32,000 bases of DNA from an archaeon (GTDB lineage Archaea; Iainarchaeota; Iainarchaeia; Iainarchaeales; 1-14-0-10-31-34): positions 390,001 to 422,000 of the forward strand of contig JAJRVL010000004.1 of NCBI GenBank assembly GCA_024277355.1, read 5' to 3'. Shown one piece after another: positions 1 through 9,448 of this stretch. Positions within the stretch are counted from its first letter, which is position 1. Each line of letters begins with the position of its first letter. The notes beneath the pieces were generated by a model, which was given only the letters and a program-made list of their open reading frames with translations, was not told the origin of the DNA and did no database searches. The translations under genes were made by a program, and so were the position numbers.

Positions 1-2
1 AT

Positions 3-2168
3 ATAGTTATTAATGCAGATAATGGACAAGCAACAGATACAACCGCAATAACTATAACTGCAACAACAGACACTACGCCTCCAATAGTAAATATTACTTC
101 TCCTTTAGATGGACAAACTGTTTCAGGAACAATTAATTTAACTGCTGATGCATCAGATACAAGCGGAATAACAAAAGTAGAATTTTATATTGACACAACA
201 TTAATTTCAACTGACACAACTTCTCCTTACGAATATTCCTGGAATTCAACAACTGTTTCAAATGCAAGCCACATAATCAAAGCAATAGCAATAGATCCAG
301 CAGGAAACACAGCAGAAAACACAATTACAATTCAAGTTGACAATTTAGCAGTTCCTGATACTCCAACAGGATTAACTTCATTACCAGGACCTAATATAGG
401 AGAATTAACAATAAATTGGAATGCTGTTTTAGAAGCAACATATTATTCTGTATTAATTTCTCCTGATTTAGAAGTAAATTACTATCTAGCAACCGATCCC
501 ACTTATTCTCAAAATAATTATCTTTTATCAGTTTCACAGGAAAATCCAGAAAGTTTTCTAATTTATTTTAAAGTTATGGCCTGTAATTTAACAGGATGCA
601 GTTTAGAAACTACCTCACAATATGACTACCTTAAATTAGGAGCAAAAACAAACGGACCTTATACTGGATTAATAAACGAACCAATTACATTAACTGCTTC
701 TCCTTTATTTGCAGCTGGAACTCCAAGTTATTCTTGGATTATAGCAGGAACATCAAACTGCACTCCAATAACTTCAACTGAACAAAACCCCATAATAACC
801 TGCTTAAATGAAGGAACTTCAATTGCAAATTTAACTATTACAGCAGACAACGGAACTGCAACAAACACAGCAGATATTACTATTACTTCCACAGCAGACA
901 CTACTAATCCAACAATAAATATTACAAACCCATCTAATGGACAGACTGTTTTAGGAACAGTAAATATAACTGCTAATGCTTCAGACACAAGCGGAATAAA
1001 ACACATAGAATTTATTATTGATGATTCATCAAAAGCAATAGATAGTTCTTCTCCTTATGAATATTCATGGGACACAAGAACAGAAGCAAACGGAAGCCAT
1101 ACAATTAAAACAAGAACAGAAGACGCAGCAGGAAATACTGCTGAAACAAGTATTACTATAAATATAAATAACGCTTCTTCTGGAATTGAATGCGGAAACG
1201 GAATAATTGAATCAGGAGAAGAATGTGAATTTGATTCAGAATGCAACTACTCCAAAACAAACTGCAATACTTCAAATCAAACTTATGGAACAAGAAGCAT
1301 TACCTGCAGTTCTTGCAGTTGTTCAACAGGAAACTGGAATTATGATTCACCAAACTCAACTTCATACTGCAATAACTGTAATGCATGCGGAGACGGAATA
1401 CAAAACTGCAATGAAACAGCAGAATCATGTCCGGCAGACTTTGGAGGAGAAACAGATAATACGCCTCCTTCAATTCCAACTGGATTAAATGTAATAAAAA
1501 CAACAGAAAACACAATTACATTAGAATGGAATCCAAACACTGAACAGGATTTAAGAAGATACCAAATACTTTATTCAACAACAGCCAATAATTACTCTAA
1601 AACTGAAATTGCATTAAAAACAGAAACAAGTTTGATTTTAACAGGATTAAAACCAGACACAAAATATTATTTTGCAATAACTGCAGTTGACTTAAGTGGA
1701 AATGAAAGTCTTTATTCAAATGAAGTTTCAGCAACAACAAAAAAAGAAACAATAACAACAGTTAAAACTCCTGCAAATTTAACAGCAGAATTAAAAGACG
1801 GAAACATCACATTAAAATGGACTCACACTAACCCAAAACCTTCTCATTATATTATTCAAAGAAAAGGAGAATTCTTTGAAGAAATAACTACAACATCAGA
1901 TAATTCATTTACAGACAAAGAAATCACAAAAGGAAAAACATATGCATATAGAATAGCTGGATTTAAAGACGGAAAAACAAGTTCTTATTCAGAAGAAGTA
2001 GAAGTTAAAGTTCCTGAATGTTCAGAAGAAAAAGACGATTACTGTGATAAAACATGCGAAAATGATCCAGACTGCAATAATGACAATTTACTGCAATGGG
2101 GAATTGGAGCAACAATAGTAGTAATTTCAGCTGCATTAGCATATGTGTTTTTTACATTTAACATTTAG
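3..2168 (+). CDS. Secreted/membrane-anchored surface protein with Ig-like repeats, Cys-rich linker and two fibronectin type III domains (5' end outside window)
   Basis: Frame is open from base 3 into the listed ORF at 576 (same frame, no stop). Repeated 'NITSPxDGQTVxGTxNxTAxASDTSGI...SPYEYSW...AGNTAE' units, FnIII-like segments 'PSIPTGLNVIKTTENTITLEWNPN' and 'PANLTAELKDGNITLKWTH', and a C-terminal hydrophobic helix 'WGIGATIVVISAALAYVFFTF'. Ends in TAG. Confidence 0.85.
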   Translation: MVINADNGQATDTTAITITATTDTTPPIVNITSPLDGQTVSGTINLTADASDTSGITKVEFYIDTTLISTDTTSPYEYSWNSTTVSNASHIIKAIAIDPAGNTAENTITIQVDNLAVPDTPTGLTSLPGPNIGELTINWNAVLEATYYSVLISPDLEVNYYLATDPTYSQNNYLLSVSQENPESFLIYFKVMACNLTGCSLETTSQYDYLKLGAKTNGPYTGLINEPITLTASPLFAAGTPSYSWIIAGTSNCTPITSTEQNPIITCLNEGTSIANLTITADNGTATNTADITITSTADTTNPTINITNPSNGQTVLGTVNITANASDTSGIKHIEFIIDDSSKAIDSSSPYEYSWDTRTEANGSHTIKTRTEDAAGNTAETSITININNASSGIECGNGIIESGEECEFDSECNYSKTNCNTSNQTYGTRSITCSSCSCSTGNWNYDSPNSTSYCNNCNACGDGIQNCNETAESCPADFGGETDNTPPSIPTGLNVIKTTENTITLEWNPNTEQDLRRYQILYSTTANNYSKTEIALKTETSLILTGLKPDTKYYFAITAVDLSGNESLYSNEVSATTKKETITTVKTPANLTAELKDGNITLKWTHTNPKPSHYIIQRKGEFFEEITTTSDNSFTDKEITKGKTYAYRIAGFKDGKTSSYSEEVEVKVPECSEEKDDYCDKTCENDPDCNNDNLLQWGIGATIVVISAALAYVFFTFNI

Positions 2169-2170
2169 AA

Positions 2171-2479
2171 GTGAAAAAAATGGTATGGAATAACTTTAAT
2201 AAAAACAAAATTCCAATAAGATTTACTTTAATGGCATTGACTATTGGGTTTATTGCAGGTTTTTTTTCTTTAATTTATTTAAGCAGTACAGGAAACTTAT
2301 TGCTTGAATTAAATCAAAAACCCTGTTTTAAGTATTCAGGCGAAGAACCTGATGCGTTTTGTGATGAAAAAGGAAGTTTACATGTTTATTTCAAAGGAAA
2401 CAGTGAATTAGATTCAGGATGGTATACAACTAAATCAAATAAATGCATTCCATGCAGTGAAATAAAAGGAGGGAGTTAA
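2171..2479 (+). CDS. Small single-pass membrane protein, unknown function
   Basis: 102-aa ORF with N-terminal transmembrane helix 'FTLMALTIGFIAGFFSLIYL', immediately downstream of the surface protein. Confidence 0.6.
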   Translation: MKKMVWNNFNKNKIPIRFTLMALTIGFIAGFFSLIYLSSTGNLLLELNQKPCFKYSGEEPDAFCDEKGSLHVYFKGNSELDSGWYTTKSNKCIPCSEIKGGS

Positions 2480-2480
2480 A

Positions 2481-2711
2481 ATGATGGATATAAAACAAAA
2501 AAATCTTGCATTAATTTTTGGAATGGTTTTAATTGCTTCACTAAGTGTTATGTTTTTGTTTAATGATGGTGTTGAAGGAAAAGCAATTCAGGAATTTAAT
2601 TCAGCAAAAGAAAAAAATACTTATTGCGAAGAATTATGCGATGAAGAAATGCAGAAAGATAATCCTGAATATTCTGACTGGATTTCATGTCATGAAAAAT
2701 GTTTCAAGTAA
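2481..2711 (+). CDS. Small secreted/membrane protein, unknown function
   Basis: 76-aa ORF with N-terminal hydrophobic helix, then a Cys-containing charged domain; AAAGGGAGG-like SD just upstream. Confidence 0.55.
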   Translation: MMDIKQKNLALIFGMVLIASLSVMFLFNDGVEGKAIQEFNSAKEKNTYCEELCDEEMQKDNPEYSDWISCHEKCFK

Positions 2712-2740
2712 TAAAAAAAAAAAATAAAAAGAGAAATTAA

Positions 2741-3079
2741 TTATTTTTTCTCTTCTTTTTCTTTTGGTTCTAATTTGCTTTTTAGTTTATTCATTTTGTC
2801 TATTGAAAGGTCTTCTTGTTTCTGAACAGTTTTGAGTCTTAAATCTATTGCTTCAATCTGTGTTTCTAAATCTTTTTTTACGTCTTTAACAGGAGAAAGA
2901 ACAAGAATGTTTCCTACTGCCTTATAGACTTTTTCTTCTTTTGTTTTTGAAACTTCTTCTAAAGCTTCTTTTAACAGTTTATCCTGAAACTGCAACTGTT
3001 GTTTTTGTGAATACAACTGCATTAACTGATTTCTTTGTCTTTCAAAATCAATTCTGTCCTGATTAATTTGTTCTGCCAT
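2741..3079 (-). CDS. pfdB: Prefoldin beta subunit
   Basis: 112-aa coiled-coil with 'LKEALEEVSKTKEEKVYKAVGNILVLSPVKDVKKDLE' pattern; position at the end of the exosome superoperon. Confidence 0.8.
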   Translation of the reverse strand: MAEQINQDRIDFERQRNQLMQLYSQKQQLQFQDKLLKEALEEVSKTKEEKVYKAVGNILVLSPVKDVKKDLETQIEAIDLRLKTVQKQEDLSIDKMNKLKSKLEPKEKEEKK

Positions 3080-3326
3080 GGGATTTACCTCCTAAATCAT
3101 TAAATAAAATTAAAGGTTTTAAAACTGAATTAAAAGAAGCTCTTAATGCAGTTTTATCTTTTGCTTTAATATTAATTAAAAAAAAATTATTTTTAATTGT
3201 AATGCTTGTAATACTTCTTGCTTTTGAATTCATTACATCTGAAGCAATTGCTTGCAATGCAAGTTCTGCTTTTTCTTTTGATTCAAACTTAATGCTTGCA
3301 TCAAAAAAATAATCATATTCTTCCAT
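3063..3326 (-). CDS. KEOPS complex Pcc1-like subunit
   Basis: 87-aa ORF; 'ALRASFNSVLKPLIL' Pcc1-type C-terminus; conserved neighbourhood. Confidence 0.65.
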   Translation of the reverse strand: MEEYDYFFDASIKFESKEKAELALQAIASDVMNSKARSITSITIKNNFFLINIKAKDKTALRASFNSVLKPLILFNDLGGKSHGRTN

Positions 3327-3338
3327 TTAAAACTCCAA

Positions 3339-3506
3339 TTACACTGCATTAAGTTTCCTTGAAACCGGTTGAGGTAATTTGCTTATTATTTTATATGCAC
3401 AAGAAGGACATCTGAAAACTCCTTTTGGAATTTCATCGAATTTTTCTCCGCATTTCTGGCATTGATATTTTCCTTCTTTTTTTGCTTCAATTCCTTCTTT
3501 TTTCAT
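3339..3506 (-). CDS. rpoP: DNA-directed RNA polymerase subunit P (Rpo12)
   Basis: Not in the ORF track (55 aa). My translation: MKKEGIEAKKEGKYQCQKCGEKFDEIPKGVFRCPSCAYKIISKLPQPVSRKLNAV. Zinc ribbon CxxC...CxxC plus the Rpo12 C-terminus. GGAGG SD upstream; start overlaps the L37Ae stop. Confidence 0.85.
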   Translation of the reverse strand: MKKEGIEAKKEGKYQCQKCGEKFDEIPKGVFRCPSCAYKIISKLPQPVSRKLNAV

Positions 3507-3937
3507 TTCTTTTCCTCCTTAGAATTTTGCTCTTCCTTGTTTTTCTTATCAATTCCTAAAACACTTTTGGCTTTTTTAATTAAATTTTTTTTTTCTGTTT
3601 TTTTTTCTTCTTTTTTTGCTGGTTTTGCTTTTATTTTAATTTCAGTTTCTTCCTGTTCTTCTTCTTTTATTTCAGAAGAAAACTTTTTCTGTGAAACCAT
3701 TTTTTTAATTAAAGAACCAGTCATTGTTTCAGGAACATATGCTCCTCCTGCAAATTCTTTTTTGCATTTAGAACAAAAATAAATTCCTGCTGCTCTTCTT
3801 TTTAAGGTTCCTAAATTACATTCAGGGCATTTCTTTTTCTTTTTCTGCTGTGCTTCAACTTTAATTACCCTTTTTCTTATTCCTACTCCGTATCTTGAGC
3901 CAAATCTTCCTGTTGAATAAACTTTTTTTGTAGTCAT
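3503..3937 (-). CDS. rpl37ae: 50S ribosomal protein L37Ae (eL43) with long K/E-rich C-terminal extension
   Basis: 'STGRFGSRYGVGIRKRVIKVE...CPECNLGTLKRRAAGIYFCSKCKKEFAGGAY' is diagnostic; about 60 extra charged residues follow. Confidence 0.9.
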   Translation of the reverse strand: MTTKKVYSTGRFGSRYGVGIRKRVIKVEAQQKKKKKCPECNLGTLKRRAAGIYFCSKCKKEFAGGAYVPETMTGSLIKKMVSQKKFSSEIKEEEQEETEIKIKAKPAKKEEKKTEKKNLIKKAKSVLGIDKKNKEEQNSKEEKK

Positions 3938-3948
3938 TTTTTACACCT

Positions 3949-4731
3949 TTAAATGTTTTTTCTTATTTCTTTTGATGTTTTAAATGCAGTGTCTATTGCG
4001 TTATCAACATCTTCTTTTTTTATTGCTCCGGATAATCCTTTCTGGAAAGCTGAAACAAAATTATCTTCAGTTGTTGCAACAGAAAATCTTGCCTGCATTG
4101 CTGTTTCTTCCATTAAATCAGGATCTACTACAAGTACATTTCCTATTTTTGCAAAAGTACTTAGTAAAGGTTTTCTTTTTAATTTAAGTTTTCCTGAATA
4201 TTCTTTTTCAACTATTTTATCGTTTTCAATTTTTGGAAGTTTTGCTTCATTTAATGCAGAAATTGCAGCAATAGCTGAAGCATCAAATAAATTTCCATCA
4301 AAATTTATTGCATACATGTCAATAAAACCTATTAAGACTTGTTCTCCTTCAGTAATGCATAATTTTTCAAAATCAACTGCTTTTGATTCTCTTATGCCTC
4401 TGTCAACAACTCTTGCTAATTCAATTGATTCCATTGAAGGAGGTCCAGTTTCAAAAAAAGGCGAAGCTAAAGGAATTAATTCTGCTCCAACTGAAATTGT
4501 TCCTTGTTTTGGAGAATCAGGATAAGGAGTTCCTAAAGAAAATTTTACTCCTGCAATTACTTCTGTGTCGCCTAATTTTACTTTAGCGCACCCTTCAGCA
4601 TTTTTGTAAAGGTCTTTTTCTATTGTTATTTTTCTGTATTCGTCTACTTTTCTTCCATTGTTTCTTTTTCCTTCTTTTAAGTTGTTTAAAACTTTTTCTG
4701 CGTTTAATTCAAGTAATACATCTTTCTGCAT
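3949..4731 (-). CDS. rrp42: Exosome complex RNase PH-like subunit Rrp42
   Basis: 260 aa; 'GRKVDEYRKITIEKDL...GDTEVIAGVKFSLGTPYPDSPKQGTISVGAELIPLASPFFETGPP'. Confidence 0.92.
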   Translation of the reverse strand: MQKDVLLELNAEKVLNNLKEGKRNNGRKVDEYRKITIEKDLYKNAEGCAKVKLGDTEVIAGVKFSLGTPYPDSPKQGTISVGAELIPLASPFFETGPPSMESIELARVVDRGIRESKAVDFEKLCITEGEQVLIGFIDMYAINFDGNLFDASAIAAISALNEAKLPKIENDKIVEKEYSGKLKLKRKPLLSTFAKIGNVLVVDPDLMEETAMQARFSVATTEDNFVSAFQKGLSGAIKKEDVDNAIDTAFKTSKEIRKNI

Positions 4732-4732
4732 T

Positions 4733-5599
4733 TTATTGCACCTCTGCTTCTGCTTTAGATAATTCTTTATTATCTTTCAATTCTTTTTTATCTTCTTTTT
4801 TTTCTGTTTTAGTTTCTTTTGCTGATTCAACTGATTTTTCTTTTGTTTCTGTTTTTGTTTTCTTTTCTTCTTTTTCTTCAAGCTTAAATTGTTCTTTTAA
4901 GGCATTGATTTGTAATTGTTTTATTTTTTCTATTCCTTTAACTGCAACTTCATATGCTTCTTCCCATTCTTTTTTTGAGAATAAACCATCCATTTGCAGT
5001 AAAACAATTTCTTTTGAATTTGACATCATTGCAATAGGCATATCAACTGCATCTGGTGCATCTTCTTCTTCTTTATTTAAATCTAAAACAATTTTTCCGT
5101 CAATTCTTCCAACTGCAACTGAAGTAACTAAATCTTTCATTGGAATTCCTGCATCAGCTAAAGCAACTGAAGCAGCCGTTAAAGCTGCAGCTCTTGAACC
5201 TGCATTGCTGTCTAAAATCTGCGCCCAAATTTCTATTTGAGTGTTAGGGTATTTTTCCAAGAAAATTGATTTTTCAAGTGCTTCCCCGCAAACTTTTGAT
5301 ATTTCAATATCTCTTCTTCCAGGACGAGGATTTTTTCTGTCTGGAACAGAAAAAGCAGCCATTCTGTAAGTGAACTTAACTATTGCTTTAAATGGATTAG
5401 CAATATGTTTTGGTAAAGCTTCTCTTGGACCCTGAACTGAAACTAAAACTTTATTTTGTCCCCATTCAAGATAACAGGAACCTTTAGCATTTTTTAGTAC
5501 TCCTGCTTTAATTGTTATTGGTCTTGATTCATCAACTGCTCTTCCATCTAAACGCAGTCCTTTTTTATTTACATAAATTTTTTTTTCTTCTTTAGTCAT
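4733..5599 (-). CDS. rrp41: Exosome complex RNase PH subunit Rrp41 with charged C-terminal tail
   Basis: 288 aa; 'LRLDGRAVDESRPITIKAGVLKNAKGSCYLEWGQNKVLVSVQGPREALPKH...RPGRRDIEISKVCGEALEKSIFLE'; about 50-aa K/E-rich tail. Confidence 0.93.
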   Translation of the reverse strand: MTKEEKKIYVNKKGLRLDGRAVDESRPITIKAGVLKNAKGSCYLEWGQNKVLVSVQGPREALPKHIANPFKAIVKFTYRMAAFSVPDRKNPRPGRRDIEISKVCGEALEKSIFLEKYPNTQIEIWAQILDSNAGSRAAALTAASVALADAGIPMKDLVTSVAVGRIDGKIVLDLNKEEEDAPDAVDMPIAMMSNSKEIVLLQMDGLFSKKEWEEAYEVAVKGIEKIKQLQINALKEQFKLEEKEEKKTKTETKEKSVESAKETKTEKKEDKKELKDNKELSKAEAEVQ

Positions 5600-5618
5600 T
5601 TTTCATTTCACCTTTTCA

Positions 5619-6236
5619 TTAAATAATATTTCTTTGTTTTGACAAAAATTCTGCCATTTTATTTGTTAAATTTGAAGTATGAGCTTCTGCTTCAATTTTT
5701 TTTATTGCTTTAATTAATAAAGGAACATTTCCGCCTTTAGCCCAAATTCTTCCGTTTCTTCCGACAATAAAATTACAATTAGTTCCTTTTCTTAAAATAT
5801 CAAGCATTGAACCGTTTTTTCCGATTATTCTTGGAACTTTAACTGGAGAAACCGCAAAAACTTCTCCTCCATAAAAAACTCTTGCATCTGAAACATCTGC
5901 TTCATTTAATTCATTTGTTTTTGAAACTCTAACTGAAACAATTGAACCTCTTTTTAATGGTTCTCTGATTCTGTCTTTTGACATATAAGATAAACTAAAT
6001 GAATTAACATCAACTAAAAATCCTGAAAATAATTCATTTACAACTAATCCAATTAAAATATCTCCTTGTTTTGGAATATAAATTCCTTTTAATGGAACAA
6101 CTGAAGCAGTTGTTGATTCATTATTGGTTATTCCAACTGTATCAGAATAAATTTGTCCATTATGAACAAAAACATGGTCTCCTGTTCTTTTTCTTTGTTC
6201 TGTTACTAATTCGCCTGGTACTACAATTTTTTTCAT
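5619..6236 (-). CDS. rrp4: Exosome RNA-binding subunit Rrp4
   Basis: 205 aa; S1/KH architecture: 'VVPGELV...YSDTVGI...GDILIGLV...VPRIIGKNGSMLDILRKGTNCNFIVGRNGRIW'. Confidence 0.9.
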   Translation of the reverse strand: MKKIVVPGELVTEQRKRTGDHVFVHNGQIYSDTVGITNNESTTASVVPLKGIYIPKQGDILIGLVVNELFSGFLVDVNSFSLSYMSKDRIREPLKRGSIVSVRVSKTNELNEADVSDARVFYGGEVFAVSPVKVPRIIGKNGSMLDILRKGTNCNFIVGRNGRIWAKGGNVPLLIKAIKKIEAEAHTSNLTNKMAEFLSKQRNII

Positions 6237-6269
6237 TTTTTATTACCCCTAAAATTTAATAAAAATTAA

Positions 6270-6959
6270 TTATAAAATTTTTGATTCAATATCTCCTTTG
6301 GTTAAATGAGATAAGTCATTTAATAAATCTTCTTTTGCTCCTGAAGGCAGTTCTAATACAGCTACTAAAGAACCATCTGTCTGCCATTCTTCTTGTTTTA
6401 ATCCATATTTATGCAAAATAGAATTTGCTTTTCCTGCGTGTTCTGCTGGAATCTTAAATGCAATTTTTATTTTTTCCATTGAAATTGGAATTAAAGTTTT
6501 AATTTTTTTTATTATTTCAGGCAGTTGTTCCTGAACTGTTTTCATTGGGTCAGCATGAATTTTTGCTTCGTCTAATACATTTTCAATTCTTAAAGGAGGA
6601 TGAGGAGTCTTTGTTTGAGGATTAATTGCATTTCTTGAAATAAAATCAATTAATTCTCTTTTTCTTTGTTCAACCATTTTTTTTCTTTGTTCTGTTGTTA
6701 ACTGAACTTTTCCTTCTTTAATTATTTTTTCTGTAATTTTTTCTGTTTCTGTTGTTCCAAAAACTTTAGTTAAAGTTTCATGTGATGCTTCAGTTCCTTT
6801 ATTTGAATCCTTAAATATTGTGTCAACAGCCAATAAATCATTGAAGTTAACCTGATTTCCTTTTTTTAATTCATCTGAAAGTTCAGGGTCTACTAAAACC
6901 TCAAATTTTTCTCCGTCTTTTTCATATCTTGCAATTACTGCTTCACTTACTTTTACCAT
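6270..6959 (-). CDS. Ribosome maturation protein SBDS (Sdo1 family)
   Basis: 229 aa; 'ARYEKDGEKFEVLVDPELSDELKKG...TQKREL(I)DFISRNAINPQTKTPHPPLRIENVLDEAK'-type SBDS signature. Confidence 0.9.
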   Translation of the reverse strand: MVKVSEAVIARYEKDGEKFEVLVDPELSDELKKGNQVNFNDLLAVDTIFKDSNKGTEASHETLTKVFGTTETEKITEKIIKEGKVQLTTEQRKKMVEQRKRELIDFISRNAINPQTKTPHPPLRIENVLDEAKIHADPMKTVQEQLPEIIKKIKTLIPISMEKIKIAFKIPAEHAGKANSILHKYGLKQEEWQTDGSLVAVLELPSGAKEDLLNDLSHLTKGDIESKIL

Positions 6960-7001
6960 AAGAATCCTTCTTTAAAAAAGTGAATTATTAATTAAAAAAA
7001 A

Positions 7002-7745
7002 TTATTTTTTGTTTGAAATTAAATTTGTTAATTCTTCTTTTGTAAATCTTTTAAGATTATTTCCTTTTTCAACAAACGCAAAATCAAGTTTACTTAAATC
7101 AAATTTTTCTGTTTCACTTGAACTTGCTTTTATTGCTTTAATCATTAAATTCACTGCATCTTTTTTTGTCATATTTTCCTTGTATTCTGTTTCAAGTATT
7201 TTCATTGCTTCTTTTTTGTTTTTTCCTATTGCAATTGCTTTGTATTCAGCTAAAGCACCTGAAGGTTCAGTTTCAAACAATCTTTTTTCGCCTTCAGGGT
7301 CAATTCCGCCAAAAATAAAACTTACTCCAAAAGGCCTCATGCCTCCATACTGAGTAAAAACCTGCATTAATGCAGCAATCTTTTTCACTAAAGTTTCAAC
7401 ATGAATTGGTTCTCCATAATATGCTAAATTTTCCTGGCTTTCCTGTCTTGCAATCTGAACTAATCTTCTTGCATCTCCAACTAAACCAGAAGAAATAGCT
7501 GAAATATGACTGTCAATAATAAATAATTTTTCAACTGATTCAGGAAGAATCAAAGGACTTGAAACTTTTTTATCTGCTCCAAATAAAACTCCTTTATCAT
7601 AAATAAATCCAATACCTAAAGTTCCCTGTTCTACAATTTTTGAAGCATATTCAACTTGATATAATCTCCCGTCAGGAGAAAACATTGTTGCTGCTCTGTC
7701 ATATGCAGCGCTTGAAACTTTAGAACCAGGATACAAATAAACCAC
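7002..7745 (-). CDS. psmA: Proteasome subunit alpha
   Basis: 247 aa; 'YDRAATMFSPDGRLYQVEYASKIVEQGTLGIGF'. Confidence 0.95.
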   Translation of the reverse strand: MVYLYPGSKVSSAAYDRAATMFSPDGRLYQVEYASKIVEQGTLGIGFIYDKGVLFGADKKVSSPLILPESVEKLFIIDSHISAISSGLVGDARRLVQIARQESQENLAYYGEPIHVETLVKKIAALMQVFTQYGGMRPFGVSFIFGGIDPEGEKRLFETEPSGALAEYKAIAIGKNKKEAMKILETEYKENMTKKDAVNLMIKAIKASSSETEKFDLSKLDFAFVEKGNNLKRFTKEELTNLISNKK

Positions 7746-7817
7746 CGTTTTCTTTTTTTTTCTTCTTTATTTATTTAAAAAGGAATAGTTTTTTAAAAGG
7801 AACTTTAAATAAAAAAA

Positions 7818-8483
7818 TTACTCTTTTAGCGCCAAAACAAAGTAAACATGATGACTGTGTTTTTTGTTTCTAATATAATTACTCCCATGGCCTTCTTCAA
7901 CATAAGAAGCCGGAACAAACTCTAGAATTTTGAATTTCCTCAAAAAAATTTTTATTTGTTCTTTTGAATAAAAACTTGTAATAATTCCTTTACACAAAAA
8001 CTGGTTATCATTTAATTTTTCTCCGTTTCCATAATGAGAGTCTTTGATTGAATGAAACTTTATTACAATAAACCCTTTTTTATTCAAAATATTATAAAAG
8101 TTATCCAAAACTTTTTGCGGATTCTTAACATGAGTTATTGCATCATCACATAAAACTGCATCAAATTTCTTATCTAAATTCAGTTCTTCAAGCAAACCTT
8201 GTTCAAACTCTAATTTATATTCTTTCAAATAATTCTTGCATTTATTTAACGCTGAATCAGAGACATCAAATCCCGTGCAATCAAAACCTGCTTTAACAAA
8301 TCCAATTAAATTTCTTCCATCCCCGCAAGGGGAATCCAAAACAGTTTTAACTTTGTGTTGCTTAAAAAAAGGAATTTTTTCAATAAAAAAAGAAGTTGGA
8401 GTTTCATGCCAAAGAGAAACTTGTTTTCCGTCATACTGATCATAAATCTGATTCCATTTATTTGCAATTTCTTCTTTCTGCAT
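7818..8483 (-). CDS. Class I SAM-dependent methyltransferase
   Basis: 221 aa; Rossmann motif 'VLDSPCGDGRNLIGFVKAGFDCTGFDVSDSAL'; motif IV 'FDAVLCDDAITHV'. Confidence 0.8.
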   Translation of the reverse strand: MQKEEIANKWNQIYDQYDGKQVSLWHETPTSFFIEKIPFFKQHKVKTVLDSPCGDGRNLIGFVKAGFDCTGFDVSDSALNKCKNYLKEYKLEFEQGLLEELNLDKKFDAVLCDDAITHVKNPQKVLDNFYNILNKKGFIVIKFHSIKDSHYGNGEKLNDNQFLCKGIITSFYSKEQIKIFLRKFKILEFVPASYVEEGHGSNYIRNKKHSHHVYFVLALKE

Positions 8484-8492
8484 TTTAATTCA

Positions 8493-8840
8493 CTAAATAA
8501 AAGTTTTAGCCTTTTTTACTGTTCCTGATAACTTTAAGGTTTTTGGAATAACTTTAATTCCATTAACTTCTTTTAATAATAAAATTCCTGCAATTAAGTC
8601 TTCTGTTGCAGTATGCCTGCATTTTAAGATTCCTTTATTTGTTTTTTCATTTAATCCAATAAACTGATAATTCATTTTACTTAAACCAAAACTTCCAAAT
8701 AATTCAGTTAACTTTTTTTTTAATGCAAAACTTACATTTTTTTCAGACAAATTATTTTCTGAAATTAACTCAAAAACCAAATAACGTTTTTTGTCTCTTA
8801 AAGACAAAGGAATTGGTTTAACTGATTTTTTTGTTTTCAT
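8493..8840 (-). CDS. rnp2: Ribonuclease P protein component 2 (Pop5 family)
   Basis: 115 aa; 'LRDKKRYLVFELIS...GILKCRHTATEDLIAGILLLKEVNG'; superoperon context next to Rpp30. Confidence 0.82.
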   Translation of the reverse strand: MKTKKSVKPIPLSLRDKKRYLVFELISENNLSEKNVSFALKKKLTELFGSFGLSKMNYQFIGLNEKTNKGILKCRHTATEDLIAGILLLKEVNGIKVIPKTLKLSGTVKKAKTFI

Positions 8841-9424
8841 TCTTTTATCCTCTTATATTTTTTTTCCAAGAAGTTTTTAAATGACTCTAAATCTTTAACT
8901 GAACGCAATTCATTTAATGTTTTTCCAAAAGAAACAACTTTAACATTTAATTTAAATTTTTTCATTATTTTTAAACAAAAAACATAATTTCTAATCAAAG
9001 AAGTCTTTGAATTAAAAAACTGAGAAAAAGGAATAATTATTTCAGTTTTATTTTGTTTTGCAATTCTTGCAATTCCTGTATCAAATGAAAGCCTTCCTTC
9101 CATACAAGGCTTAAACAAAAAATCAATTCTTTTATTTGAAACCGCAAAACTATTCAGCAAAGGGTTTCCTCCTAAAACTCCAATAAAATCTGTTTTGTTT
9201 TTGAATTTATTTAATTCCTTTGAATCAGATTTAAGTAATAAATGACAGGTAAAAAATTTAACTGGAAATTTATTTGAATTAATTTTTTCTTTTAATTCAA
9301 TTAAATCTTTATCTGAAAAATTCCTGCATAAAACTATTTCTTTATTGCCTAAACTTTTTTCTGTTTCTGCTAATTTAATTAAATCAAATTCATTTGAATA
9401 AAAAATAAAGTCCTGCATTAGCAA
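8837..9424 (-). CDS. rnp3: Ribonuclease P protein component 3 (Rpp30 family)
   Basis: 195 aa; PHP-like TIM-barrel pattern 'RIDFLFKPCMEGRLSFDTGIARIAKQNKTEIIIPFSQF'; context. Confidence 0.82.
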   Translation of the reverse strand: MLMQDFIFYSNEFDLIKLAETEKSLGNKEIVLCRNFSDKDLIELKEKINSNKFPVKFFTCHLLLKSDSKELNKFKNKTDFIGVLGGNPLLNSFAVSNKRIDFLFKPCMEGRLSFDTGIARIAKQNKTEIIIPFSQFFNSKTSLIRNYVFCLKIMKKFKLNVKVVSFGKTLNELRSVKDLESFKNFLEKKYKRIKE

Positions 9425-9448
9425 ATATTAAGAGAAAAAGATTAAAAA

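Noticed and set aside
3462-3782. Plus-strand ORF of 106 aa, F/S-rich
   Set aside because: Antisense shadow of the K/E-rich tail of L37Ae; K/E codons on one strand read as F/S on the other. The same applies to 3953-4525, 4623-5240, 11968-12315 and similar tracks.
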